NCBI RefSeq assembly: GCF_036321535.1
Contig: NC_087436.1
Coordinates: 48,114,001-48,178,000 of the forward strand
Source of the DNA: Camelus dromedarius
Lineage: Eukaryota
Length of the DNA: 64,000 nucleotides
Reading direction: 5' to 3'
Under the pieces are notes generated by a model. The model saw nothing but the letters and a program-made list of their open reading frames with translations, searched no databases and was not told the DNA's origin. Both the position numbers and the translations under genes were made by a program. Shown here in pieces: positions 23,981-38,129 of this stretch; position 1 is the stretch's first letter; each line of letters opens with the position of its first letter.

Positions 23981-25399
23981 AGTTTTGCTGCTACCATTCA
24001 TGAATATGTCCTTGTTTTGTCTTTGGCAAATTATACGCAGAAACTGAGATTGTCTTTGCCAGTAACTTATTTAACACAGGTTCACTGCGGGAATTATAAT
24101 TTGTAATAATAATACTTCACAAGCCAAAAGCACACAGAATAATGTCTCTTTATAAGCCAATAAAGAAATAACATACTCCAAACTAGTGACAGATTAATTA
24201 CGCTATTGTTCCAGGCAGAGGGAAAGTAAAACAAATAAAGTCCAAATTTAGTTGAGGTGAACCTTTCTATGAGTTGGTTCTCGGAAAAAGTCAGCTTAGC
24301 CAACTAAGAGCTGATATCCAGCTGCCAGTGCAGATCAAGAGTGGAATGAAGGTGCCAGTGTTGGCAGGCAAGGTGATCTGCTCTGAGGGTCATTACTCCA
24401 GGGACTGTTACACAGCTTTGCTACTACCAAGAGGAACAGCCGTGCCAAGGCAGGAACAGATGTCCCTTGTCTTCCTGAGACTGCAGCATGGTTTAACGCC
24501 ACTGCCAACCAAGAGCAGCCTGGCCATCCAAGAGCAAGTGTCTCAAGATCTTTGGAGAGCTATTCAGATCAGCAAAGAGTAGCCCTGCTTAGACCAAACA
24601 CTCTTGTTAAGTCCTCACAAATTCTTGGTATTTAAAGCTTAAATATCCATTACATCATGGTTGATCCTCCATATATTCATATTGATAAGGACTCAGAAGC
24701 ACAGCAGTTCTACTGACATCATCCTGACATAGCTTCCCCAACATAGACAATTTGGCCCTTAGATAAAATCTTCACCTAAGCCATGAACAAGTAGACCAAA
24801 AAATTTTCACTTAAGTCATAAATAAGTAGATTGGAAATCATAACAAACCAATATACAACACTCCTTGTTTTATCCCTAACTTCGTCCTTCGAGTTAAAAA
24901 GAAACTTCCTTTACTAAAATGTTGCTATTTATATTGGTATAGGAAGGATCAGTATCTGTAAAAGTCACATTGACTATTCTCCCCAAGCTCGGCATCATCA
25001 TGAAAGACACTATAGTTAGAAAAGCCTCCACCATCGCAGTAAGAATGAGGAAAACCCTGTAAAGGTAGAGCCTAAGGCATGACGCTAGAAGGAAAGGATC
25101 TGAGATGACGATAAGAGCTATTAGTAAATCAAACAGTTTGGTTGCATAAATCTCTGTTGACGGTTAATCAATCACGATGTCCCTGAGAATGAATTATGTA
25201 TGCAAAAATATTAATGCTTTACCTGATTTATGTGACAAAATACAATTAAAATTTTAATTTGAAAAAGGGAAAGGGAAAAAAAAAATCAATCTTGGAACAG
25301 AGGGCTGATATTAACCACTACAGAGAGGAAGGTAAAAATAAAAACAAAAGTGCTAAGTTGGCACTGATCCTTTTTAACCAAGGGAAAATTTGTGAATAT

Positions 25400-26020
25400 T
25401 GGCGACCCAAGAACTTAAGTTTTAATAATTTTAAGAGACAATTCATAAAAGAGAAACTCCGAATGCCCAATAAATATATACCCAGATAATCAGTCTCACT
25501 TATAATTAGGAAAGTGCAAGGTAAAGCAAAGCTGAGATAGTTTGGTACATACCAGAAAAGTCTGACAATACTAAGGTCTGTATACTGTTTTGTGTCGTAA
25601 ATCTGTACAATCATATTGAAGAACTATCAGTACTATCTATGAAAGCTAAAGAGAGATTTTTCCCTAAAACCTAGAAATTCTACTTCTGGGTATGTAGAGA
25701 ATTACGTATTCCAAAATACATATACAAGAATGTTTATTATAATATTGTCTGTATAGTAAAAAAAAAAAAAAAAGATTAGAAGTGATCTAAATGTCCATCA
25801 AAATGGTAAAGATAAATTATGGTATATTCACATAATGGAATAATAAATAATAGTTGAAATAAATGACGTAGAGCTACTTCTACCCACACAGATGAAGTAC
25901 TAAAAGTGTAGTACAGAACCAAAGAATTCTAAGGATACTTAAGGTAGTATCCCTTTTACATGAGATTTAAAAACATGAAACAGAATACATCTAATGTTTT
26001 TAATAATATAGGAAAATAAA
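25400..26020 (+). mobile_element. Old L1 (L1ME-like) 3' region
   Basis: 'aagtctgacaatactaag', 'cctagaaattctacttctgggtat', 'ctaaatgtccatcaa...ataaattatggtatattcacataatggaata'. Confidence 0.75.
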
Positions 26021-26559
26021 TGTGAACGTAATCCTCAGATTCTAAAACGTCTAAACTGTTATATCAAAAGTCTCAGAAATGGGTACAAATTTCTTATGAA
26101 TCTGTCAAAAGGTTTAATGATCCACCTCCACTTCTACATCTTTGGTTTCCAAATCCATCACTGTAAGAAAAATAGCACTGTTCACACTAGTCACTAACTA
26201 CATATATGTATATAGTTATATATATTTACATAAAAATACATATTTATATACATATAAAACATCCAGGTCCCCAGTCATGAAACTGAGTCTTTGCTATGCT
26301 ATTTCTTAGCACTATAAAACCAATGCTTTTAGGTACAGAAATAGCTAATTAAATCTGAACATCCCATGTTGTGTTACTACAGTGTATGAGGTATTTTTTA
26401 AGTCCACATAACCTAACACTTGCATAGGTATAACAATTAGGGACAAAAATCCAACTAGAATGATTATTTCAGCAAGGATACTGAATGCTTCCACAAAGCT
26501 TTCCCTGTCACCTTGGTTAGTACCCCAAAATTTGTTCCTGTAGCAACTGGTAGCTTTCA

Positions 26560-26730
26560 TATTATAGTATTCATTACACTTTATTATAACTATATTAAGT
26601 GTCTATTGTTACCATTAGACTAAGCACCACTAAGGAAAAGAACTTTATCTTGTTTACCTATGAACTTTCAACGCTTGTACAACGACTGGCATGTAGCAGC
26701 TGCTCAGAAATACTGTCAAATGAATGAATA
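26560..26730 (+). mobile_element. L2 3' end
   Basis: 'tttatcttgtttacc...ctggcatgtagcagctgctcagaaatactgtcaaatgaatgaat'. Confidence 0.7.
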
Positions 26731-27039
26731 GCTATTCCAGAACTGACAGATATCAAAGAAATATTCTAGTTCATATGAAAACATAATGTATGCAAACACT
26801 GCATTCCAATGAGCAAAGGAAGGACTCATATAATAGGTGACATTACAGAGTACTTACTATTCGCTAGACACTCTTTTAAGTCTCATTTAACACTCACTCA
26901 TTCACCCAAGGATCTCATATTATTTTTGTCCTCAGAAACATTAAATACCTCAGCTTTTGAAGCACATTTGGCCCACAGACATATTTTGGGGGTCCACTCA
27001 ATACAATTTTTTTAATGCATTATGATGGATAAGATGGTA

Positions 27040-27155
27040 GAAGTTCATCACATGTCCAACTACCACCACCTTTTGAATTTCACTTGCCAGCTTCAGTGTT
27101 TTGTTTTGTTTTGTATTGCCCGGTCCCTGAAAGCATTTAAATTAGTCACCCATGC
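27040..27155. mobile_element. hAT-Charlie fragment (MER103-like)
   Basis: 'gcccggtccctgaaagcatttaaattagtcacccatg' resembles the MER103 terminus. Confidence 0.4.
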
Positions 27156-30121
27156 CATAACAAGTAAATGTTATTATTACTTCTTTCTACTCACATGGTA
27201 ATAATTTTCCAGCTTTCTGCAAGTGGGTGAGTGACTACATGTAGTGTTCCCCGGTGGATTAAAAGCAGAAGAACTATCTAATTTTCTGTGTGTCCCTGGG
27301 TGAGCCAAGTAAATAGTTTTAAATATGGAGGTGGGAGGTGGGAGGTTCCAAAAGTCAGCCTGAATTGGGTGTGATAAAATTCCAGACATTTGTAAGCATG
27401 TCAAATAGATCAGTAAGGTAAAACAGCTGAAGGTTTTGCTTGGAAGCTGGTAACCCTTACAGAAATAGGATATTCCTAAAGGAAGGTGAAGTAAATACTC
27501 ACCAACTGACCTAAGAACAATAGTTTGTCATAAACACAATGGGATGATTTTGAGTTTAGTAACTTTTCTCCAGCAAGCTCCTGGTGGCTGAGTGCAGACA
27601 AGGAAACTAGGCAGATGTTAGACTGCAGTCAAAGGCAAAACCTTAGATCTTATTAACCTGATACAGCTCATGCCATGGAAGTCAAGTAATGATCCATTCA
27701 AATCCTTACTGAAAAGAGAAAGTGTAACAGCTCCAATAATAATATAAATTTTCTCAAGTTTCCTTCTAATTCTTCCACCTTCCAGCAAAACCTAATAAAT
27801 TAACCCACTCATATCATATTCAACCTCAGAATAGGATGGTGGAGAGCCAGGGGTAAAACAACTTATCCGGAAAAATAACTTTTGCTTTTCCCTGTAATTT
27901 CTTCTCTGGTTTTCCCCAGTGAATTCATGTCACTCTTAATTTTGGCACACAACAAAGAATCAAAGTGTTACTAGACCTCTTGGACTTAGGTTTCTGCATA
28001 TGTTAAGTGTGATCAGGTGAGTCAGCAAAGACCCAGGATCTAGACCACAGACCATCTAAAGGTGAAAGGTTCAGAAGGTTATGACAGGTTATCCATTAAC
28101 TAGATAAAATTTAGTCTCAGGAGTCACACATTACCCAACTCTGCAGCAGCTGAGATTCTGGACACTGGAATACCCCCTGAACAACTTTAAAGACATCCTA
28201 ACACCTACATCTGACTGAAAGTCCTAGGTACATTTCAAGTCACAATTCAAATGCCCCTTTTCTCAATAAGACCTTCACAAATGCAATTCATCACAGTTTG
28301 TCTTCCTTCCTCTACTCCCTCAAGACTAATTTCCCCCATTACAGCACTCATTGCCATCTTTACTGTACTCATTGTTTGTATCTGTCTCCTCACTCAGACT
28401 GCAGCTTCTGGGAGAAAAATATCCATTTTGGATCCAGTTTCGTACTGAATGAGATTGACTTCATAAAACCATGAGGCTCTTGAGTTTGAACAAGTACAGC
28501 ATTTCTTAATCTTTCAGTCTTTTCTAGTTTAAAGTTCTTCATTATAACCTGAGCCTAAATCAAGCTGAATGGTAGACTCTGATAGCTGGCCAATGAAAGG
28601 GAAGAAAACAATCCAAGTGTTCAGTTTTCCTCATTGCCTGTATCTTGAAGCAGGTCCCACTATTATCATCACTTCCACTTAATAATGGAGGTGGTTAATA
28701 AAAGTGCACTGAGATAAACTGCTCAAGTGGGAGAAGATTTCAAACTGGGGAGAACAATCCTCAAATTAGGAAACAAGGGAAATTGCCTCACACAAAATAT
28801 CATCACACTCAGGAAGTATATTTCATAGGAAGGAAATTATTAAAGAACATAGGTGAGTTCAACTAACACCTACATTTATTGTTGGAGCCAATAAAGAAAA
28901 GTAAATAAACACAAATGAGAATTCTCTTAAATTGGAGGGTTCTGATACTCTACTAACTTAGAAAAACACACTAACTAAAAACTCTGGAATCTTTTCTTTC
29001 CTAAATAGATGTTCAGTTTTCCCTTTGTTTATAAGTCTTCGAAGATAGAGCAGATTTACATAATGGACATACTTTCCAAAAGAACATTTCATGAGATGAA
29101 TGCATTTCTTGTTTCTAAAGATAAAACTGTTTAAGCAAAGGGAAGAAAAGCATGAATTTTAAGGGATATAAAATTATAAATTACTATATAAAAGTGATAA
29201 TGATGCACAATTTACAAAAAAAGAGCTAATTCTGAAAACAAGGTTTTTACCCTAATAAGGAATTCAAATACCTAATACTTTAAACTCAGATATCTGGCAC
29301 AATTCAATTCATGATTGAAATGGAGAGGAAGCAACCTGGATAATGAACATGGTAATACGCTTATTATTGTTGTTGAAATGTTATTTTTAATTGTAAGATC
29401 TCTATGTTCTTACTATTTCAAGTTAAGTCTCTCCACCATACATTTATAGGTAGCAATAGTAAAAACTGTATAGATTTAAGATGTTTAAAATCTTGAAACA
29501 TAAGGCAGCTTATTTCACTGGAGTAAAGCCCTCCTCCACCACCCATCCTGACCCAAAAAAACTTCACTTTCAGAAATGCACTTACTAACACCTGCTAGTT
29601 TAATTTTGGTTTATCTTCACTACTGAAATGTTAGTAAAAGTTAAACATAAGTACCCATCCCTTCCAAAATCACTGAAGTATCCACTCTCCTCTAAATAAA
29701 TCATACAACTATTTTACAGGTTTTAATGACCAGATGTACTTTGCTTCCTCAATCATCTGATAGCATAAGAAACATCTGTTACCTTTTTCAGAGAAGAATT
29801 AATTGTTTTTCTCCTTTTCATTTTTTTCTGAAGCTCATGGGAGCCCAATCACATTAAGCAGCAGAAATAGAATAGAATCTTTCTGTTTATTTGAGTCAAT
29901 CAGCTGGGAGTCAATTGTACAGCAGTAAAATTGACTAAGACCCAGGAGCATCGGCTGAAATTCAGCTAATAAATTCAACCTATATCATCACTGCAATTTT
30001 CCTATGATCGTTTTGCTGCTAAATTGTAGATTTAAACACATGCTGCCATGCAAAGCTCTCTCCTTAAAACCCAAAGACTCTCCTTAGAGTTGTATCCTGT
30101 GTGCTACTTCCTCTCATCTCC

Positions 30122-31155
30122 TTTATTTTGTTTTATTATAGTAAGAACACTTACTATGAGATCTACTCTCAACAGATTTTTATGTGTACAATATCATATT
30201 GATATCTGTACATATAATATGGTATAGATAATCTCTGGAATTTATTCATCTTGTACATGGAAATTTTATACTTATTGTTAGCAGCTCTCTTTTCCTGTTC
30301 CCCACCCCGCACCCCCAGCAACCACAATTCTACTCTTTGCTTCCCTGAATTTGAATCTTCTAGATACCACATATACATGGAATCATGCAGTACTTGTCCT
30401 TCTGTGACTGGTTTATTTCTCTTAGTATAATGTCCTCAAGGTTTAGCCATGTTGTCATTTATTGTGAGATTTCCTTCTTTTACAAGGCTGAATAATATTC
30501 CATTATACATACACCACATTTTTTAATCTATTCATCTGTTGATGGACATTTAGGTTGCTTCCATATTTTGGCTATTGTGAATAGTGCTGCAATGAACATA
30601 GGAGTGCTAATACCTTTTGGAGATCCTAATTACAATTCTTTGGAATAACTAGAAGTGTAACTGCTGGATCATATGGTAGTTTTATTTTTAATTTTTTGAG
30701 GAATCTCCATACTGTTTTCCACAGCAGCTACACCATTTTGCACTCCCAGTAGTGTACAAGGGTCTTGATTTCTCCACAACACTGCCAATATTTGCCTTTT
30801 GTTTGTTGGATAATGGCCATCCTAACTGGGGTGAGGTGATATCTCACTGTGGTTTTGATTTTCAGTTCCCTGATGATTTGTGATACTGATCATGTTTTCA
30901 TACACCTTTTGGCCACTTGAATGTCATCTTTGGAGAAATGTCTATTCAAGTACTTAGTCCATCTTTAAATTAGGTTATTGGTATTTCTGCTAGTTGTAGT
31001 AATTCCTTATTTATTTTGGAAATTAACCCCTTAACAGATATATGATTTGCAAATATTTTCTGCCATTCTATATGTTGCCTTTTAAGCTCTATTGACTATT
31101 TCCTTTGCTGTACGTAAGTTTTCTAGTTTGATGTAGCTCCATTTGTCTATTTTTA
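30122..31155 (-). mobile_element. L1 3' fragment (L1MA9-like)
   Basis: 'gtaagaacacttactatgagatctactctc', 'ggaatcatgcagtacttgtccttctgtgactgg', 'gctattgtgaatagtgctgcaatgaacat', 'ggagaaatgtctattcaag'. Confidence 0.9.
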
Positions 31156-31234
31156 GCATCTCTTCCACTTTGAAAATAAAGATTCACTATACCTTCTGAC
31201 TTTATCAATCAGGTAAAGAGTATTAGCTAACCAG

Positions 31235-31480
31235 TTCATCTCTTTATTTCGTTCATTGTGTATTTTTTGAGTACCTTCAGTATGCTAGACATTGCTCTAG
31301 ACATTGAGTATAAGAGTGGTGTAAAAGACAGACCTGTCCAATGAAGCTTATTTTCATGGGGGAGAAAGATAACAAAAAAAAGTTAAAAAGTATATGTATA
31401 TATAGCAAAACGTCAGGCAAAAAGTGTTGTTGAAAAAAATGAAACAGGGTAGAAGAAGTAGAGAGGAACCAAATTGTTTT
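31235..31480 (-). mobile_element. L2 fragment
   Basis: 'ttcattgtgtattttttgagtacc...tatgctagacattgctctagacattgag...aagacagac'. Confidence 0.6.
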
Positions 31481-32489
31481 GTTATTGTTTGCATTCTACC
31501 ATTCTAACCCATTTAATCTTTTTTTTTTTTTTTTGCAGAATAAGTAACAAAGAAAATTAACCAGGAGCTTGAGAATCCAAAGAGCTTAATCAACACTAAT
31601 TAAACACGTTAACATGATGTACTCTAAATGAATCTACCACCTATAAGAATTTGGCTCTATTCCTGAACCAGAGAACTAAAATGCATTTAATATGAACAAT
31701 CAGATTTCCAAGGCAATTTTAGGAGTACTGCAGTCTGAAAACAAGGAACAAGTGTCTATAGGCTTATATGAACATTTTCTAAAAATATGGCCTATTTATA
31801 GAACTGAGGTAAATAAGAATAAATAACATAAATGAATTCTTTAAGAAATATCACTTTTTAATTTCTTGATTCTTGTTTTAGATGAATCTCAGCAATCAGA
31901 AAGACAACTGTTTAGATGTAGCATCTGTCAGTTCTGAGAGATGACCATGCATTCTGACCACGTGGGTCTTTAGTTCCTCTTTAGTGTTACATCATTTTGG
32001 ATTATTCACCATTACATAATGAAAACATCACAACCATGACTCATTGGGCAGGTGATTTTGGTTCTTCTTTGGAAGATCACTGAATCTGTCTTAAATTTTT
32101 AAAAATAAAGATGAGTTTTACTTAGTTAATTTTGGTGAATGCTTAAGTATTTCACTATTTCCCTGTAAGAAATTCAGGAATATTTTAGGAAATGCCCTGA
32201 ACTGTGCAAAACAATTTAATCCTTTGAAAAAGGATATATGTTTCTTGTGTGTATACACTGTAGGCTACAGGGTAGACTAAAATTTTAAATTTCCTATTAA
32301 TTATATCATCCAGATATACCATATCATTTCTCCGTCACACTCTGTTAACTTGTTACAGTTTGTCTTTAATTCCTCTTTGCTGTTGTCTTTGTTTGCTCTT
32401 TTATATAATATGAAAGCCATTATTTTTATTTTTTGCTTTTAGCATCAACAGTATTTTTGAATAAATGTATTGTTGTCATCCCTCTGATT

Positions 32490-33640
32490 TTTTAACCATT
32501 TTTATTGTAGTAAAATGTATAACATAAAATTTATCATTTTAACCATTTTTATGTCTACAGTTCTGTACATTCACATTTGTGCAACCATCACCACCATTTG
32601 TCTCCAAAGGTTTTTCATCATCCCCAACTGAAATTCCATACCCATTAAACACTAACCCCCAATTTTTTCCTCCCTCCAGCCTCTGGAAACAAACATTCTA
32701 TTTTCTATCTCTATGAATTGGATTACTCTAGAAACTTCATATAAAAGGAATCATATAGCATTTGTCTCTTTATGACTGGTTTATTTCACTTATCATAATG
32801 TCCTGAAGGTTCATATATGCTGCAACATGTGTGAGAACTTCCTTTCTTTTTAAGGCTAATTATTATTTCATTGCATATATATTTATCCATTCATCTACTG
32901 ACAGATGCTTGGGTTGCTTCCACCTATTGACTATTGTGATTAATGCTGCTATGCACATGTGTGTACAAATATCTGTTTGAATCCCCGTGCTTTCACTTCT
33001 TTAGGGTATGTACCCAGAAGCAGAATTTCAGGATAATATGTCAATTCTATGTTAAAGTTTTTGAATAACTTTTACACTTTTTCAAAGTTGCTGTACCGTT
33101 TTACATTCCCACCAGCAAGGCACAAGTATTCCAATTTCTCCATGTTCTCACCAACATTTATCTCTTGATTTTTTCATAACAGCCATTCTAATAGGTAGGA
33201 AGTAGGATCTCATGTTTGTGACTTTGATATTCCCCACGAACTGGCAATTTATATTCATATTCATGTTGGCCTTTTTATACCTTTCTGTGAATTTTCTGTC
33301 CAAATTCTTTGCCCATTTTTAAATTCAGTTGTTCTTATTGTTGTTGAATTATACTTCTTTATATATTCCAGATATGAATCCCTTATCAGATATATGACTA
33401 GCAAATATTTTTTCCCATTCTGTGGGTGGCCTTTTAAATATGTTAATTGTGTCCTTTAATGCACAGAAGTTTTTAGTTTCAATGAAGTCCAACTTATCTA
33501 TTTTTTTCTTTTGTTATAACTGTGTTTTTGGTGTCATATCTAAGAAATCATTGCCAAATCCAGTGCCATGAAGCTTTTGCCCTATGGTTTCCTCCAAGAG
33601 GTTTATAGTTTACCTCATGGTTAGGTCTTCAATCATTTTC
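32490..33640 (-). mobile_element. L1 3' fragment (L1MB-like)
   Basis: 'aacataaaatttatcattttaaccatttt', 'gtgcaaccatcaccacc', 'tacattcccaccagcaa', 'aagaaatcattgccaaatcc'. Confidence 0.9.
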
Positions 33641-33930
33641 AGGTTACATATACATATACACACACATATATACATATATATATGATACTTATTTACATAC
33701 CTATTTTATATCAAGCCACATAAAATATCAATAATTCCTAATAGTGGAAGTTGTGCAGGTCTCATTTGTGATTACAAATGAATTAAATTTTAAAATTAAT
33801 AAGAAATTAAATTTTAAAATAAATAATCACTAGGAAATTTTAAAAGATTCTTAGATAACTCTTGCATCAGTGAGAAAATGAAAAATAACAACATGATCAT
33901 TTTACAAAGACACAAAGAAACAGAAGGCCT

Positions 33931-36276
33931 AACACCCAATTATGATAAAATCTTTCCAGAAAGTGGGCAGAGAGGGAACATACCTCAACATAATAAAGGC
34001 CATAAATGACAAACCTACAGTTAACATCACAGTCAATGATGAAAGGCTGAAAGCATTCCCTCTAATATCAGAAACAAGACAAGGATGCACACTCTTGCCA
34101 CTTTTTTCAACATAGTTTTGGAAGTCCTAGCACAGCAATCAGAGAAGAAAACAAAATTAATGGAATCTAAATTGGAAAGGAAGAAGTAAAATTGCCACTG
34201 TTTACAGATGACGTGCTACTATACACAGAAAATCCTAAAGAAGTCACCAGAATACTACAGCTCATCAATTAATTTGGTAAAGCTGCAGGATACAAAATTA
34301 ACATATAGAAATCTGTTGCATTTCTATACACTAGCAAAGTATCAGGAAGAGAAGTTAAGGAAATGATCCCATTTACCACTGCATCAAAAAGAATGAAACA
34401 CCTTGAAATAAACCTACCTAAGGAGGCATAAGACCTGTACTCCAAAAAGTGTAAGACGCTTATGAAAGAAACTGAAGATACCACAGATGGATTCTTGGAT
34501 TGGCAGAATCAATACTGTTAAAATGACCAAACTTAGCACAGCCATCCACAGAATCAATGCAATCCCTATCAAATTACCAATGACATCTTCCACACAGAAC
34601 TGGAATCAAAAAAAATTTAAATTTATATGGAAACACAAAAGACCCCAATAACCAAAACAATCTTGAGGAAGAAAAATGGAGCTGGAGGAATCATGCTCCC
34701 TGACTTCAGACTACACTTCAAAGCTACAGTCATCAAAACAGTCTGGTACTGGCACAAAAACACATAGATCAGTGGAACAGGATAGAAAGTCCAGAAATAA
34801 ACCCACACACTTACGGTCAATTAATCTATGACAAAGGAAGCAAGAGTATACAATGGAGAAAAGACAGTGTCTTCAATAAGTGGTGTTGGGGAAATGGAAC
34901 AGCTACATGTAAAAGAATGAAATTAGAAAATTCTGTAAGACCATATACAAAAATAAACTCAAAATGGATTAAAGACCTAAATATAAGACTGGATACTATA
35001 AAACTCCTACAGAAAAACATAACTCACAGTAATAATTTTTGGATGTCTCCTGAAGCAAAGGAAATAAAAGCAAAAATAAGCAAATGGATCCAATTAAATT
35101 TAAAAGCTTTGCACAGCAAAGAAAACCATAAATAAAATGAAAAGACAACCTAAGTTGGGATAAAATATTGGCAAATGATGCAGCTGACAAAGAGTTAATT
35201 TCCAAATTATACAAACAGTTCATACAGATCAGTATCAAAACAAACCAACCACCCAATCAAAAAATGGGCAGAAGACCTAAATAGACATTTCTGCAGATAT
35301 GCACAGATGGCCAACAGGTACATGAAGAGGTGTTCAACACTGCTAATTATTAAAGAAATGCAAATCAAAACTGCAATGAGGTATCACCTCATGCCAGTCA
35401 GAATGGTCATTACCAAAAAGGCTACAAATAATAAATGCTGGAGAGGGTATGGAGAAAAGAGAACCCTCCTATACTGTTGGTGGGAATGTAAACTGGTGTA
35501 GCCACTATGGAGAACAGTATGGAGGTTCCTTAAAAAGCTGAAAATAGAGCAAATCAAATTACCATATGATCCAGCAATTCCACTCCTGGGCATATAACCA
35601 GAGAAAACTCTAAAACAAAAAGATATATGCACCCCAATGTTCACAGTGGCACTATTTACAATAGCCAAGCATGGAAGCAACCTAAGTGTCCATCAACAGC
35701 TGAACAGATAAGGAAGATGTGGCATATACATACAATGGAAGATTACTCAGACATTAAAAAAACGAAACAATGCCATTCACGACAATACGGATGGACCTCG
35801 AGAGTTTCATACTAAGTGAAGTAAATCTGAGAAAGACAAATATCACACAGTATCACTTATACATGGAGTCTAAAAAATGATAAAAATAAACTTATTTACA
35901 AAACAGAAATAGACTCATAGACATAATAAAAAATATTTTGGTTCCCAGAGGGGAAAGGGAGGGTGGAGGGAAGGATAAATTAGGAGTTTAGGATTAGCAG
36001 ATACACACTACTATATATAAAATAAACAACAAGGACCTACTTATAGCACAGGGGACTATATTCATTACCTTGTAATAACCTATAAGGGAAAACCTATATA
36101 TGTTCATATATATGTTCTGAAAAAGAACATATATATGAACATATATATACACACACACACAGACATATACACACACACACACACACATATAACTGAATCA
36201 CTTTGTGGTGCACCTAAAAACTATTACAACATTGTAAATAAATTATACTTCAAGTAAAAAAAAAAAAGAAAAAGAA
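33931..36276 (+). mobile_element. 5'-truncated 2.3-kb L1 (decayed ORF2 3' half, 3' UTR, poly(A)) with 17-bp TSD, nested in an older L1
   Basis: ORF2 peptides ([37 protein letters not shown]); A tail; TSD aaagaaacagaaggcct (33914-33930) / aaagaaatagaaggcct (36277-36293). Confidence 0.95.
36095..36190. repeat. (TA)n/(CA)n compound microsatellite in the L1 3' UTR
   Basis: Directly visible. Confidence 0.9.
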
Positions 36277-36629
36277 AAAGAAATAGAAGGCCTGAGTGGA
36301 ATTATAATCAGGATAGAAGCTAAAGTTTTTTCCAAGAACTTTGTTCTGAAAATGTACCCACCTCAAAAGCTTTACAAATGACCTCTTAAACTCTGAAGGA
36401 ACAGATAATTTTCACATACATAAAATGTTTGAAAAATCGCTATTATTATGATTAATGCCAAAACCCAACAAGATATTCAAAAAATTAAGTAAGCCAACCT
36501 CACTGAATGAATGTAAGTGCTAAATTCTTAAACCTAAATTAAGGTTTAGCAAATTGAATCCAGCAGTCTCTCATAAAATATAATACATAGCCAATTTTAT
36601 TTCAGAAATACAAGATGTATTGCATCCCT

Positions 36630-37210
36630 CATTCTCAGCAGTTGATTTTACCTCTTGCTTCACTCAGAAGACAGAGCTCCTGCAGTGTAAATACTCTGAA
36701 CTTTTTTTTATTTTTTAACATTGTGTCTTTGCAATGCTAATCCTCCAGCTGGCCTTTTCATTCCATTAGTGCTTTTCCCATCATTTTATTCCCATTTCAA
36801 TTTCCCACATCATCAGTGAGTCCCCTCCATTGACACATTCCTTTACTGCTGCATCGTCAAGCTATGAGCAATTCTTCTCTTCGCAGAATTAGTTTTCTTC
36901 TCCACTCCCTCATCATATACTTATTCCTTAACCGTCTGCAATTTATATTCTGTCCCACCTTTGTCCCACTTTCTTCAACATCTCCAAATTCTTACTTGTC
37001 CAAACAAGTAGATTTTTCTTATACCCTGCAGTCACTGACTAATCTACAAAGTTTATGCTGTTGACCACCTCCCTTCGCCATTGCTCACTCTATCTTGACT
37101 CTCTTCCCTCTCAGAATGCTCTTCTCATGCTTTTTTGCAAGTTCCTCTTCTCTAGTCATCCATAAAAATGTGTCTGCCATTGGTCCTCTTCTCACCGAAT
37201 TCTCTCTTCC
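36630..37210 (+). mobile_element. L2 fragments
   Basis: Pyrimidine-rich L2-like text: 'gatttta cctcttgcttcactcagaagacagag', 'ctgttgaccacctccctt', 'ttggtcctcttctc'. Confidence 0.55.
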
Positions 37211-38129
37211 TAATGGATTCTCTCTTTTGGCTTGGAAAAACATTATCATGTTACGTTGCTATATAATTAAATAAGTTATGGAAAGTACCAAGAAAAGGTC
37301 CTGAGGATAAAGCAATTTTCATACATCTGTCTGCTTTACTCCTCCTATTCTTATACAAGTCTTCCTTCTCTTTTTCCTTTCATTTTTCAAGTCATTTTCT
37401 GTTTTGACTTTTAGATCCAATGTTTCAGTTTTAGCTAACAGGAAATTTTTCTTAGTTAATTGGGGTGAATTTATAGAAAACTGATTAATTATTCAAGGCT
37501 CTTGCTACAACTACTCTAGTAGCTGCTAGGGACTCTACATTTACTCATCACCTTCCCCTTGGACTTTTCAAATCAATTCACTGCTAATTCACTGATGTTT
37601 ACTTCTACATTACACAGCCTGCCAAGCCTGCTTCCTTTTTGTGGAAAATTAATGGGGAAAAAAATCTACTAAATAATCTCCTGTATTAGAGTAAATGGTT
37701 AGTTAGACAACCTAAAAACTAATGAGGCAGATTACGTGATTTTGACAGAATCCACAGGTCATATTTTAGAATTTAGATAAAATATAACTACCAAATGAAT
37801 TTATATAAATATATACAAGATCCTGAATAAGATTATATATTTAATCTGATTATATATTTATTTGCTTTTCCTAGAATCTCACAGATTGAGAAATAAATTT
37901 TATTACGTGGAATTTTTTTCTTTCTTGCAAAAAAAACTAGATACTTTTTATTTATGAGAAATGGTACCCTTATCAGACAACACATTACTTACTGAACACT
38001 TTGAAAAACCTTAAAATCATGTGGGAAAAACAGCTTTTCTTCTCTTCAAGTGTATGGCAGATACACTGGATACGTTGGATAAAGTTCAAAATGACTCTAA
38101 AGAAAATGAAGTTTGTGTTCTCAGACTCC

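Noticed and set aside
25100..25190. Box C/D snoRNA-like motif pair
   Set aside because: Degenerate C box and no terminal stem.
31510..31600. Strong plus-strand acceptor (T-run then gcag)
   Set aside because: Immediate stops in all frames and no donor; probably just a T run.
34269..36188. Cluster of ORFs as host genes
   Set aside because: All are sense or antisense fragments of a decayed L1 ORF2/3' UTR.
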